From: a virus
Taxonomy: Duplodnaviria > Heunggongvirae > Uroviricota > Caudoviricetes
IMG/VR virus record: IMGVR_UViG_3300042558_002764
Location: 106,906-170,905 of that record
DNA: 64,000 nucleotides
Direction: 5' to 3' (one strand)
This document shows, one piece after another, positions 1 through 10,388 of this stretch. The position numbers and the translations under genes are program-made. Every line of letters begins with the position of its first letter. Positions within the stretch are counted from its first letter, which is position 1. The notes under the pieces are model-generated. The model worked only from the letters and a program-made list of their open reading frames with translations. It was not told the DNA's origin and made no database searches.

Positions 1-1137
1 ATTGGGTTAAAAAATTGTGGTGAATTTGTAATTACCCCAGTTTCGTTAAGTAATGAGGATGATGAGGATGATACACAATCTGAAGGTGGTAACAAAAACC
101 TTGATGTCCCTTATAATGTTTTCATAAAAAGACCTTTTTCAGGCTTTTCTAAGAGAAAAAAAGTTAAAGCTTGTTTTTATGATGCATGGTTAAATGGTGG
201 GTGTTACTTACCAAAATTTCAAGTAAGAACAAAAAATAATGGCGATTATGATTGTTGTGGTTTTGGTCATAACGCTAATGTTGACCGTTACTTTATGGTG
301 GAAGGGGATATCCAATACACCATAAACACCACACAATACCCAAATGTACTAGCCACAAACCCGAATTCTTGGGCTAATGCTCAAGCAAATGGAACTGAAA
401 TGCCAGAAGGTACTAGATGTACATTCATTACACCAAAATCAATTCCAGGTGTATTAAATGGTGCTAACGACACAGAAGAATTTGTTTATTGTAAATGGGG
501 TTCGGACACAAGAATTATGAATATTGGTTCTATGTTAATGTGTCAAGAAATATTGGATACGTTAAAAGATAGTTTATCTAATAATGTTGGTAGCGTTTTA
601 AAACCTTTCTTTAAACCGACTGGTGCTAGATTTTGTATGACTACTAATGTTGAAAATGGAATTAGAACACAAAATCTAATACCATTTTTATCACCAACAA
701 CTTACCTAGACCCCAATGATTTTTTTCCTTATCAGAATAATGATATGAATAATTTACCCAATAATTTACCTGGTAAATGGGGTAAGAACCTTTCAATTTG
801 GGCAACAGACGCTTTTTTAGATGCACAATACGCTGATAAAGAGTTAAAACAAAATCACGGAGGTTGTTGGTTAAAATATTACTGTAGGATAGACTTCCAG
901 CCAATATACGGTTCGGATGGTAACCCAGTAGTCTCACATTGTAACAACACAAGTCCAGTTATAGCACCAACAAGTGGGGGTTATTTAGATTTAACACTTA
1001 ATAGATTGTTTGGTTGTCCCTACAATTGGAACGCTGACCTTTATTACGCTTCTCGTTACGATTTGGTATATTTTTACTTTGGTATAACGGCTGGTAGTAC
1101 GGCATTGGATAAATTAAAAAAAGATTTTTTTGAATAA
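1..1137 (+). CDS. 5'-truncated hypothetical virion or structural protein. The frame is open from base 1 and the ATG at 295 is internal.
   Basis: No stop codon in frame 1 from position 1 to 1137. N/T/G/Y-rich composition typical of phage structural proteins. Confidence 0.45.
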   Translation: MGLKNCGEFVITPVSLSNEDDEDDTQSEGGNKNLDVPYNVFIKRPFSGFSKRKKVKACFYDAWLNGGCYLPKFQVRTKNNGDYDCCGFGHNANVDRYFMVEGDIQYTINTTQYPNVLATNPNSWANAQANGTEMPEGTRCTFITPKSIPGVLNGANDTEEFVYCKWGSDTRIMNIGSMLMCQEILDTLKDSLSNNVGSVLKPFFKPTGARFCMTTNVENGIRTQNLIPFLSPTTYLDPNDFFPYQNNDMNNLPNNLPGKWGKNLSIWATDAFLDAQYADKELKQNHGGCWLKYYCRIDFQPIYGSDGNPVVSHCNNTSPVIAPTSGGYLDLTLNRLFGCPYNWNADLYYASRYDLVYFYFGITAGSTALDKLKKDFFE

Positions 1138-1173
1138 AATAATAATTTAAATATTTATAAAAAAACATAAGAA

Positions 1174-3210
1174 GTGAGTTATATAGATAAAAATTCAAAT
1201 ATTGTAGTAAGTGCAAGACTTACAGATAAAGGTAGAAATTTATTGGCTAACGGAGCGTTAACTTTTAACACCTTTAAATTAGGTGATTCAGAGATTGATT
1301 ACACAACTTTGGGGCCAACATATGATATTACGTTAGAGAATATCTTAAGAGCCAAAGCCAATCAACCTGAGATGAAGACGGTTTTGTTACCAACATTAAC
1401 AAGTTTACCTAACCAAGCGGCTTTAGGTCTAACACAAGTTACGGCATTAGAGTTGGTTACAATAACACAAGCACCTGAATTGGGTTTCTTTGAAATAACA
1501 TCAGGTGGAACAGAATATAGTGCTTATACAACCACTAATTATGTTTTACAGACTGATACGATTGTTCCTTTAAGTGGTTTAACAGGTTCAACAACCGTAA
1601 TACCTGTCTTACAATCAGCAACTTATGGAACTAACACATATGAACCATCTATTGGTGATTTTATGTTAGTTAAAATGAGTAATGATGAATTGAGTGTTAC
1701 ACAAAGAGATGCTGTTATCGACCAAAATATACCTGTACCTTACTTATGGTATAGGGTACAAAATAAAACTGGTTTATTATCAGCAAATACTTTAAACGTA
1801 ACTTTAGATAGAAATTTTGCTTACTTCCCTGGTTATACAGGAACCAATTATTGTTGGTCAGCATTTTACCCAACAGGAAATACTTTTAGTACTGACGGAA
1901 TATATTCAGCAGGAACAGTATGGAACCAAAACAATGTATGGTCATATCCTATGGCAGGTATTGATGATGGTATTGGTACTTTTGAGAATTTTAATCTATA
2001 CGGAAGTGAAAGTTATGTTGGTTCAAAAGAATATTTTGGATATACTTCTGAAATAACTAGTAATTGTGAAGATGAAAGGTCAATTGCTTTAGTTCACTAC
2101 ACTAACGTACAGACTTGTAACAACCAATCTGAAAGTGTTTACGGACAAAGACTTTATATCGATACAACAGTACCAGCATCACCGATACTTAATATGCCTA
2201 CATTGATGTGGCATGGTAGAGTATTCTCAGGTTCGGGTACAGCAGATATGATTGGTGAGACATTCTCAGGTACTGGTGTTGAAAAATACGTAACCTTTAG
2301 TGGTGTTTCTACTGAGGTTAGATATTATGATTTAGTTGATAGTAGTGGTATTAATTATGTTGGTAGGATTTTTCCTGACCAACAAGTTATGACAATAGAC
2401 GACCAAGAATTAGTGGCAGCAATGTCATATAAATCTAATAGGAATTGGACTTTACCAACTTTAGGATATGGTTTAGTTACGGCTACAGATGGTTTAATTG
2501 GCCAAACACAAGATTTATATGTATCATACATGTTGGCTAGTAGTTCTGGTTATACAACAGGTTTACACGCACAAAATTATACATGTGTTGTTTTAACTGA
2601 ACAAGAATGTCCTGATAACGCTAAAAAAGACGTACAAATCACATTCCCGACTTCGGGACTACCGTACATGACGGTTAGTGGTGGAACTGGATTTGAAGCT
2701 GATAAATTATATTTAATCGCACAAAGAGTTTCTTCAGGTGAAAAACCTGTTTCTGATGGTTGGGTAATTATGGATTACACAAACCAAATTAATGGCCAAG
2801 TAGTTGGTGATACTATTAACCCGTTAAATTTAGAAAACACAACATTTACAATTAATAAAAATATGTATTTGTCAGCATCTACACAATATATTGTGAACAA
2901 CTATTTGACAGTACCAACAACAATACAACAAAATTTACTACAATTTGGTGACGAAAATTTCTTCTTCGGTAATGTTAGTTCCGCAGGTACAACAAGAAAA
3001 TGGAGAACTAAATTTAATATTGTTGTACCACCTACCTTATTTAACTCAACAACAAACCCAACGTGGTTTAATAGTGGCCAAAATGTCCACATTTCTGAAG
3101 TTGGTATTTATAGTACAGGTGGTGAATTAGTTGCTATTGGTAAACTAAACCTACCGATAGAAAAAAATAACACAACAACGGTTATAATTGAAATAGCTTT
3201 TGATTTATAA
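1174..3210 (+). CDS. Large virion protein, tail-fibre or baseplate-like (678 aa).
   Basis: Long ORF starting at GTG. Rich in T/S/G/N/Y and lies in the structural block. No catalytic motifs seen. Confidence 0.5.
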   Translation: MSYIDKNSNIVVSARLTDKGRNLLANGALTFNTFKLGDSEIDYTTLGPTYDITLENILRAKANQPEMKTVLLPTLTSLPNQAALGLTQVTALELVTITQAPELGFFEITSGGTEYSAYTTTNYVLQTDTIVPLSGLTGSTTVIPVLQSATYGTNTYEPSIGDFMLVKMSNDELSVTQRDAVIDQNIPVPYLWYRVQNKTGLLSANTLNVTLDRNFAYFPGYTGTNYCWSAFYPTGNTFSTDGIYSAGTVWNQNNVWSYPMAGIDDGIGTFENFNLYGSESYVGSKEYFGYTSEITSNCEDERSIALVHYTNVQTCNNQSESVYGQRLYIDTTVPASPILNMPTLMWHGRVFSGSGTADMIGETFSGTGVEKYVTFSGVSTEVRYYDLVDSSGINYVGRIFPDQQVMTIDDQELVAAMSYKSNRNWTLPTLGYGLVTATDGLIGQTQDLYVSYMLASSSGYTTGLHAQNYTCVVLTEQECPDNAKKDVQITFPTSGLPYMTVSGGTGFEADKLYLIAQRVSSGEKPVSDGWVIMDYTNQINGQVVGDTINPLNLENTTFTINKNMYLSASTQYIVNNYLTVPTTIQQNLLQFGDENFFFGNVSSAGTTRKWRTKFNIVVPPTLFNSTTNPTWFNSGQNVHISEVGIYSTGGELVAIGKLNLPIEKNNTTTVIIEIAFDL

Positions 3211-3443
3211 TGGGATTTTTAGATAACAATATTGATGAAGTAAAATTAATCTTAACTCCATATGGTAAAACAAAGTTTTTAACTAATGGGTTCAAAGATA
3301 CGTTTAGATACTTTAGTTTTTCGGATGATACAGTAATATATCATTTATGTGTTGAACCACAAGGTATTCTAGAAATAACGGGTAGTCATAAAAGTTCTAC
3401 AACTAAAAGTGAACCAAGATATAAAGTAAAAATAAAAGAATAA
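3210..3443 (+). CDS. Hypothetical protein.
   Basis: ATGA-type overlap with the upstream gene, which suggests translational coupling. Confidence 0.4.
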   Translation: MGFLDNNIDEVKLILTPYGKTKFLTNGFKDTFRYFSFSDDTVIYHLCVEPQGILEITGSHKSSTTKSEPRYKVKIKE

Positions 3444-4588
3444 TGGCAAATAATGTAAGTTTAAAATTAACCAATTACGGATTACGTAGAGTAATGACTA
3501 ATGGTGCTGAACAGAGTTTTAAGTATTTTAGCTTATCTGATATGAATGAACTTTATTACGTCACTACGGACCCAAATCTGGAAGACATAATGAATATAAC
3601 AGGTTCTAAAAATTTATTTACAGCAAGAAAATCATGTACTGACGCTATCCCAACGGAAGCACAAGTCACACCACCACCAATGCAAGAAATGGTAAAGACT
3701 GCACAGAGATGGGTTGTTAATTTTTACAAACAAGACTGTGGTGTTAATGATTACACTAGTAGTAATCTAACAATGACAATAAACTTACACGAATACTTTG
3801 CTTGGTTAACGGATGTAACAACTTATTCAGCTTATACAGAAAATCTAGAAACAAGTTTAAAATTATTCCAAGGGATTTATTTAGTAAAACAAGAACAAGA
3901 CTTTGTGACTAATGCTTGGTCTAATTTAGATACAACAAATAACTTTGTTACTTCATATGAATTCTTTGGTGATGAGGATAAAAAGAACTACGTAAACTTT
4001 AATAGTAAGTATATAAGTTTTGATAACGGTGTTAGAACCCAATCAGATAAATCTTTTGATAGATTCTATACTGGATTACTATTTGGTTTTGGTGCTAATA
4101 TAGAAGGTAATAATTACTTAGAAGGTCATAACTCATTTTTAACATTTAACGCCCCACAATTTGGGTACGTTGTTAATGGTTTAACAAACTTTATTCCATT
4201 TAACAAAATGGGTACAGCTTCTAGTTATAAGGAAATTAGACCGGCAGTATTACTTGGAAGTAATGGTTCTAAAGATGTTTATTATTTAAAAGAACCTAGA
4301 ACATATAATTCAGTTGATTTAAATGGTTTTATGGCTCAAGCCATTTGGGGGTACCAAAATTCAGATGAACAATCTTTAATTATCGGTATGATTGAAAAAG
4401 CTAAAAATCATGTTGAGTTTTATTTTAAAGAAACTTCATTTGATAAATGGGAGATGCCAATTAATCTTAGACTAAGACTTAACGATACTGGAGACCTACC
4501 GATTATAGGTGGTAATGTAAGTTTAAACTTCGTTTATGAACCTAATGCAACAATATTAGGATATAACAATATATTAATAGTTAACTAA
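3443..4588 (+). CDS. Hypothetical structural protein.
   Basis: 381-aa ORF whose start codon overlaps the upstream stop (TAATG). Confidence 0.5.
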   Translation: MANNVSLKLTNYGLRRVMTNGAEQSFKYFSLSDMNELYYVTTDPNLEDIMNITGSKNLFTARKSCTDAIPTEAQVTPPPMQEMVKTAQRWVVNFYKQDCGVNDYTSSNLTMTINLHEYFAWLTDVTTYSAYTENLETSLKLFQGIYLVKQEQDFVTNAWSNLDTTNNFVTSYEFFGDEDKKNYVNFNSKYISFDNGVRTQSDKSFDRFYTGLLFGFGANIEGNNYLEGHNSFLTFNAPQFGYVVNGLTNFIPFNKMGTASSYKEIRPAVLLGSNGSKDVYYLKEPRTYNSVDLNGFMAQAIWGYQNSDEQSLIIGMIEKAKNHVEFYFKETSFDKWEMPINLRLRLNDTGDLPIIGGNVSLNFVYEPNATILGYNNILIVN

Positions 4589-4890
4589 TGGTAAAGATAT
4601 ATTACAATACTTTAAGTGATTATAATAATCAGAATAAATTTAATGACTTAGTTGAAGGAAACAATAATGCTGAATACAACGCTTTCCTTTCGTCAAGTTC
4701 TGTCGACCTTTACTATAAAGTTAATGATAGGTTACAAACAATTAATTTAGGAGCAGCAGATGTGATACCTTTAGGTCTTAATGGAATGAGGTTATTACCC
4801 GTTTCATTCACTGTTCAAAAAGTTAATAATAGTGGTATAGCTATTTCATACGATAGTACCACAAACACTCAAACAATAACAACAATTTAA
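4588..4890 (+). CDS. Hypothetical protein.
   Basis: ORF with start-stop overlap to the upstream gene. Confidence 0.4.
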   Translation: MVKIYYNTLSDYNNQNKFNDLVEGNNNAEYNAFLSSSSVDLYYKVNDRLQTINLGAADVIPLGLNGMRLLPVSFTVQKVNNSGIAISYDSTTNTQTITTI

Positions 4891-4901
4891 ATAAAAAATT
4901 A

Positions 4902-6053
4902 ATGAGTTCATTAGTACCTGTAGAAAATGTTAACATAAAAACAACCGAAGAGGAAAGTTCATATTTTTATGCAATCCCTGGTAATGAAATAGAATGGACA
5001 TACGTACCATCTTCTTCAAATTCAGGATTTACAACTAATGTGTGGTCACATTTCTACGCTAATCTTGGTTTATACACAGATGAAATAGCTGATAACTATA
5101 ATATATCTTTTAATAATGGTGGTTATTTAGGTACCTCATTAGAAAAACTTTATGAAGCTTATAATAGTACTGGTATTATTGTTGGTTTAATTAATAACGA
5201 AACATATAGACAAGCTTTAATTGGTAGAGATGGGGCACTTGTAATACCGACATCCTTTACGGGAAGTACTTTATCAGGTATAACCGCTTTAACTAATTAT
5301 TTTACTTTTTATAATACACCTGAAATCTTAACTAGAAACACAGCTGGTGTTTGTGCTAAAACTGTTGGTGATACTAGAAAATTTGAGTCACTAAAAGAGG
5401 CTGTTATTGATACAGGTATGGGCCAAGAAACTGGTAGGGGTAATAACGGACCTACTTATGAAAGTGGAATTGTATTTTTATTTAATGATTATACAAGTTT
5501 AACTACAGGGTCTACTTCAGGATTCAGTCAGGCACATAAAGTCACAAATCCTTACGCAAACGGTAAATTAACTGCTAGATTTAATGGTAGTGGTTATCAT
5601 TTAGCGGCTGGTATGGTAGATTGTATTAGTGGTATAGTTACTCTTTGGGACCCAACGATTGTTCAAGGATTTAATTTTGCTTTAGCAACAGGAGGTACGG
5701 GAACAACAAGAGCAACATTCGCACCAAATATTTCTTACACAGTTGTTACAGACTATGATAGTAGTGTATCAGCAGATGTTAGAATTAATGCTTCACCAGA
5801 TATTTTAAAATTCACAACTAACCCATCTAGAAAACAAGCTATTGCTAATGGTGAGACTAATTGTGAGGAAGTGGTTAAAGTAACACAAGTGTGTCTATAT
5901 GATACAGCTGGACAAGTTACCGCTATTGGAACACCAACAAGTATTATTGAGAAAACTGACAACTATGTTGTATTGAATCTTAGTGTTAAATTGGATGGTG
6001 GAATTGGAACTGTATGGGGTACATCAGTAAATACTTCTGTATACCCATCATAA
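4902..6053 (+). CDS. Hypothetical structural protein.
   Basis: 383-aa ORF rich in G/T/S. Confidence 0.5.
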   Translation: MSSLVPVENVNIKTTEEESSYFYAIPGNEIEWTYVPSSSNSGFTTNVWSHFYANLGLYTDEIADNYNISFNNGGYLGTSLEKLYEAYNSTGIIVGLINNETYRQALIGRDGALVIPTSFTGSTLSGITALTNYFTFYNTPEILTRNTAGVCAKTVGDTRKFESLKEAVIDTGMGQETGRGNNGPTYESGIVFLFNDYTSLTTGSTSGFSQAHKVTNPYANGKLTARFNGSGYHLAAGMVDCISGIVTLWDPTIVQGFNFALATGGTGTTRATFAPNISYTVVTDYDSSVSADVRINASPDILKFTTNPSRKQAIANGETNCEEVVKVTQVCLYDTAGQVTAIGTPTSIIEKTDNYVVLNLSVKLDGGIGTVWGTSVNTSVYPS

Positions 6054-6074
6054 TATAAATAAAAAATGTTTTAA

Positions 6075-6707
6075 ATGTCAAGAATACTCGGACTAGATGT
6101 GTCAACAAAAACCATTGGTATGGCTTTATTTGAAGCTGACGGAAAATTGTTAGAATTAACGCACATCACACCAAAAATTAAACCTCAACCTGAAACAAAA
6201 CTAGAAGAATTGTTTAAAAAGGTTGATGCTTTTGAAAGATTAATAACTCGTTATATTGAGTTTGATATTGAGAAAGTTATAATTGAAGAACCTTTATTGA
6301 ATAGTAATAACGTATATACTGTTGCCACATTACTTAAGTTTAATGGGATGATATCTAAGGTAGTATCAGAGGTATTAAATGTCATACCAGACTTTGTATC
6401 ATCAAACGACGCTAGAAGGTACTCCTTCCCTGAATTGGTTCAATTAAGAACACATAATAAGAAAGGTGAACCATACAAACAAAAAGATATTGATAGGGCT
6501 ACACCTGTTTTATTTGGTGCTTTCTCTTGGGAGGTTGATAAAAAACAAATTATTTGGGAAAAAATAGCTGATTTGGAACCACAAATTGTTTGGGAGTATG
6601 ATAGAAACCAAAAACTTAAAAAAGAAAATTTTGATATGACGGATAGTTACGCCGCTGTCAGAGGGTTTATGTGTAAAGAAAACCATTGGGATTGTACCAA
6701 AAAATAA
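6075..6707 (+). CDS. RuvC-like Holliday-junction resolvase.
   Basis: N-terminal ILGLDVSTKTIGMAL resembles the RuvC/A22 catalytic Asp motif. VIIEEP supplies a second acidic motif. Confidence 0.5.
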   Translation: MSRILGLDVSTKTIGMALFEADGKLLELTHITPKIKPQPETKLEELFKKVDAFERLITRYIEFDIEKVIIEEPLLNSNNVYTVATLLKFNGMISKVVSEVLNVIPDFVSSNDARRYSFPELVQLRTHNKKGEPYKQKDIDRATPVLFGAFSWEVDKKQIIWEKIADLEPQIVWEYDRNQKLKKENFDMTDSYAAVRGFMCKENHWDCTKK

Positions 6708-6730
6708 CCCACATTATATAAAAAATTATT

Positions 6731-6765
6731 AAATATCGGCCAATTTTGACCGATATTTTTGTTTT
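6731..6765 (+). terminator. Rho-independent terminator.
   Basis: Stem AATATCGG / CCGATATT followed by a T-run. Confidence 0.55.
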
Positions 6766-6780
6766 ATTGAAAAAATATAC

Positions 6781-6788
6781 TATATTTG
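6781..6788 (+). promoter_or_regulatory. Bacteroidetes-type -7 box TATATTTG, 4 nt upstream of the ATG at 6793.
   Basis: Matches the TAnnTTTG consensus. The same box-to-ATG spacing recurs at many genes in this window. Confidence 0.45.
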
Positions 6789-6792
6789 TATT

Positions 6793-7269
6793 ATGACTGA
6801 AAATAAAAAACTAGCATTAGAATGTTTATGGGAAGAGGCTAAGATGTATTCTAAATTATATTATGAAACAAAAGATGAATATAAAAAACATAAATACGTT
6901 TCACACTTTAGAAGTCCAATCTATGACGAAACAAACACAACATTCTTTCAAAAAGAATTTATTTCTTTAAGAGCCTTTAACAAAGAAGGTAGAGTTACAG
7001 AGGAACACTGTAATGGTAGAACTAACTGTTCTAAAAAATTATTAGAAAAAATACATTCAGAAGAAATCGTAACTTTTGATGAGTTCATTAATTTCCTAAA
7101 AGACTATTGTTATACAATAAAAATATTGTCAGAGGAAAATGTTTCTGTATCAACGTACCTTAAAAAACATAAAGAAAAAAACTTTATAGAGGCTTATAGT
7201 GACTTGGGTATTATAATTTGTGACCAAGAAGGTACAGTAATCGAAGAACTTAACTTACCTATTATTTAA
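6793..7269 (+). CDS. Hypothetical protein.
   Basis: ORF directly downstream of a -7 box. Confidence 0.45.
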   Translation: MTENKKLALECLWEEAKMYSKLYYETKDEYKKHKYVSHFRSPIYDETNTTFFQKEFISLRAFNKEGRVTEEHCNGRTNCSKKLLEKIHSEEIVTFDEFINFLKDYCYTIKILSEENVSVSTYLKKHKEKNFIEAYSDLGIIICDQEGTVIEELNLPII

Positions 7270-7270
7270 T

Positions 7271-8236
7271 ATGGTTGAAAACTCACTCATTTACGGTATA
7301 ATTTTGGATGTCTTAGGGAAACCTAAAAAGACAAATGTTTCTAAACAACAATATAGTTTTGATTGTCCTGTTTGTTCTGCCGAAAAAGGTGAATATGAAG
7401 GTGATGGTAAAGGTAATTTAGAGGTTAACTTATCTGAGGGTGTTTATAATTGTTGGGCTTGTGGTGAGGTTAATGGAACCAAGGGTAGTCTTAAAAAATT
7501 ATTCAGAAGTTTTGCTAACAAACAACAAGTTAAAAAACTAAAAATGATTGGTTACACTTTAGATGATTTTAAATCTAAAGTAAAAGATGCCAACGTTATC
7601 GAAGACTTAACCTTACCAAAAGGATTTATTAGTTTTGAAGAAGGTAACCCTAAATCACTGTTATATAAACAAGCTTGGAATTATCTTACTAAAGAAAGAA
7701 AAATTAAAAAAGAAATAATCCAAAGATATAAAATGGGTTATGTTAGTGGGGGACAGTACGACTCTAGGGTTGTAATTCCTTCTTATGATATTAATAATGA
7801 ATTAAATTATTGGGTAACAAGAACTTATGTTAATGCAAAACCAAAGTACTTAAATCCTGATTCGGATAAAGAAATTTTAATATTTAACGAATGTTGTGTA
7901 GATTGGGATTCAGATGTTTATTTGGTTGAAGGACCTTTTGACCATATTGTAGTTCATAACTCAATCCCACTATTGGGTAAAAAAATTTCTGATAAACTAA
8001 TGCATTCTTTATTCCATAAAACAAACGGTAATGTAATAATTCTCTTAGATGATGATGCATGGGAAGACGCTAAAAAACATTATGCAAAGTTGAATGTTGG
8101 AAAATTATTTGGTAGAATTAGAATTGTTAAAATGAAAGAAGGTTATGATATAGCCAAAATTCATGAAGACTTTGGTAGAGAAGGTGTGATTGAATGTATG
8201 AAAAGTGGTATTATTCTTAAAGAAAGTGAATTGTGA
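7271..8236 (+). CDS. DNA primase, DnaG/T4 gp61-like.
   Basis: Cys4 zinc finger CPVC...CWAC. TOPRIM-like motifs VYLVEGPFD and LLDDDAWED. Confidence 0.6.
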   Translation: MVENSLIYGIILDVLGKPKKTNVSKQQYSFDCPVCSAEKGEYEGDGKGNLEVNLSEGVYNCWACGEVNGTKGSLKKLFRSFANKQQVKKLKMIGYTLDDFKSKVKDANVIEDLTLPKGFISFEEGNPKSLLYKQAWNYLTKERKIKKEIIQRYKMGYVSGGQYDSRVVIPSYDINNELNYWVTRTYVNAKPKYLNPDSDKEILIFNECCVDWDSDVYLVEGPFDHIVVHNSIPLLGKKISDKLMHSLFHKTNGNVIILLDDDAWEDAKKHYAKLNVGKLFGRIRIVKMKEGYDIAKIHEDFGREGVIECMKSGIILKESEL

Positions 8237-8445
8237 TGGGATTTAATAAAAGAATTATTAAGAAAGAAATTTTATTAGAAAGATTTAGACTTGAGGGTTA
8301 TCAAGGAATTATAAATTATATAGGTAATGCTGATGCATTACTTGGTTTAACTGATGAAATAAGGGAGATATTGGATATCACTTACTGTGATAATTGCCCA
8401 ACTAAAAAGAATGTTGAGATTAATAAAGTAATAAATGGCAAATAA
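8233..8445 (+). CDS. Hypothetical small protein.
   Basis: ORF overlapping both neighbouring genes. Confidence 0.35.
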   Translation: MMGFNKRIIKKEILLERFRLEGYQGIINYIGNADALLGLTDEIREILDITYCDNCPTKKNVEINKVINGK

Positions 8446-9184
8446 ATGGGAAACACAAGTTTGGTTAGAACCGATAGAACATAAATATTATCATAAGGAA
8501 ACTAACGAAGTTTTTAAATCAGTAACAACAATTTTATCATTATTGGAACCTCATTTCGATAGTGACTCAGTGGCTTACGCAATATCCCAACAGTCGGATG
8601 ATGTAAAAAAACCTGAGTATGTTGGTATGACCAAGGGTGAGATATTAGTAGAATGGGAACGTATTAATCGTGAGGCAAATGAATATGGTACTGAAGTCCA
8701 TGAAATATTGGAGAGGTACCTATTGGCTGATAGGATATACATACCTAAAAACGATTATGAAAGAGAGGTAATAAGTAAATTCCAAGAAGTAGATGATATG
8801 TCTGGTACAGTTTACCCAGAAGCAGTTTTATTTAGTGAAAAATATAAAATTTGTGGAACAGCGGATATTGTAGAGGATTGTGGTGATTATTTTAATATAT
8901 TGGACTTTAAAACAAATAAAGAACTAAATTACATATCAAAATACAATCAATGGTTAAATAAACCAGTATCACATTTATCAGATTGTCAATACAACGTATA
9001 CGCTCTACAACTATCTATATATGCATACATGATACAAATGCAAACAAGAAAAAAAGTTGGTAAACTACAGATATTTTATTTAAACCCACAAAAAGATTAT
9101 ACCTTTGAAAAAATTAATATGCCCTATTTGGGTAGGGATGCCAAAGCAATTTTGGACTATTGGTTAGAAAAAAATAAAAAATAA
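8435..9184 (+). CDS. RecB-family PD-(D/E)XK nuclease (Cas4/exonuclease-like).
   Basis: Motifs GTADIVED, ILDFKTNK (D-x-K) and QLSIYAY (QxxxY) are typical of RecB-like nucleases. Confidence 0.55.
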   Translation: MANKWETQVWLEPIEHKYYHKETNEVFKSVTTILSLLEPHFDSDSVAYAISQQSDDVKKPEYVGMTKGEILVEWERINREANEYGTEVHEILERYLLADRIYIPKNDYEREVISKFQEVDDMSGTVYPEAVLFSEKYKICGTADIVEDCGDYFNILDFKTNKELNYISKYNQWLNKPVSHLSDCQYNVYALQLSIYAYMIQMQTRKKVGKLQIFYLNPQKDYTFEKINMPYLGRDAKAILDYWLEKNKK

Positions 9185-9236
9185 AGTCTTTAGTGTTTAA
9201 TATTTTTTGTCTATTATTTATTAAATAAACAGATAT

Positions 9237-10388
9237 ATGAGTGATAAAATAGAATTCGAACCTAAATTAACTTTAGAGGAGACAATTGGAATAAAAGATA
9301 GATTTATAAATTTTTACCGAGACCTTGAGTCAATCCAAGACTATTTTTTGGCTAGAAAAAAAGAAAAAATTGTGGATATTAACCACGATAAATACACTAA
9401 AAACATGTTTGATGATTATAGTGTTGAGCCAAAAAACATGGAATTTGAAATCGAGGTGATTGAGGGTAATTTATTTAATCCTTCTACACAGATTATCACT
9501 TCACTACCTTTAGAATCACAAATCGGTAGACAAATCATGATGGGTATTAGAGAAAAAACCACTAACAAATATGTTGGGTTTATTCGTGTGGCTTCACCTG
9601 TTTTATCTATTAAACCTAGAAATGATTTCTTTGGTGAAACAATTAGAGCTACAGCTGTTAATAGACATATGATTAATGGGGCCATTATTGTTCCTGTACA
9701 ACCTTTTGGGTATAACTACTTAGGTGGTAAACTATTAGCTTTAATTTCATGTTCACACGAAATTAAAAATATGTTAAAAGAAAAGTATGGTGATAAAATC
9801 GATACTTGTTTTTTTGAAACAACCTCCCTTTATGGTGACATCAAAGGTATGAGTCAATACGATGGTTTAAAACCATATATCCGTTACCAAGACATGACAG
9901 AATCAGATTTGTTTTTATTCCCAACAGAAGAAGTTTATGGGCCGATTAGAGCTAAAATGAGAGAGTTATACGGTAACCCTGAATGGGGTGGAAATACTGT
10001 AGACCCTGTACCATCAGGACCAAAGATGAGAGAGTTTAATAAGGCAATATCAGTCCTTAAAAATCACCTTAAACATTATGATATCGATGCTTATAATGAG
10101 TTTCATTCTTTCACCAAAACACATATGAAAGCCAAAACCAAAAAGAGATATTATTATTCAAACTTTGGATACGACAATGTTATTGAACATGTTAATTCTG
10201 GTGGTGAAATTCCTTTAATTGAAGGACAAAATTTCCATAAACACAAACTTTCTCATATGATTGAGTGGTGGAAAGGGAAAGCACAAAAAAGATACGAGAA
10301 ACTTGTTGAGGAAAATAAACTAAGACACGAAATGGAAATCTACACTCTTGAAAGAATAGAGAATAACGATATAGACATGGTGAGATAA
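9237..10388 (+). CDS. Hypothetical protein.
   Basis: 383-aa ORF. Confidence 0.5.
   Translation: MSDKIEFEPKLTLEETIGIKDRFINFYRDLESIQDYFLARKKEKIVDINHDKYTKNMFDDYSVEPKNMEFEIEVIEGNLFNPSTQIITSLPLESQIGRQIMMGIREKTTNKYVGFIRVASPVLSIKPRNDFFGETIRATAVNRHMINGAIIVPVQPFGYNYLGGKLLALISCSHEIKNMLKEKYGDKIDTCFFETTSLYGDIKGMSQYDGLKPYIRYQDMTESDLFLFPTEEVYGPIRAKMRELYGNPEWGGNTVDPVPSGPKMREFNKAISVLKNHLKHYDIDAYNEFHSFTKTHMKAKTKKRYYYSNFGYDNVIEHVNSGGEIPLIEGQNFHKHKLSHMIEWWKGKAQKRYEKLVEENKLRHEMEIYTLERIENNDIDMVR

Noticed and set aside
662-3092. Short minus-strand ORFs inside long plus-strand structural genes (662-952, 998-1216, 2901-3092).
   Set aside because: Antisense to well-supported long ORFs, with no promoter or terminator signals. 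Typical spurious frames in AT-rich DNA.
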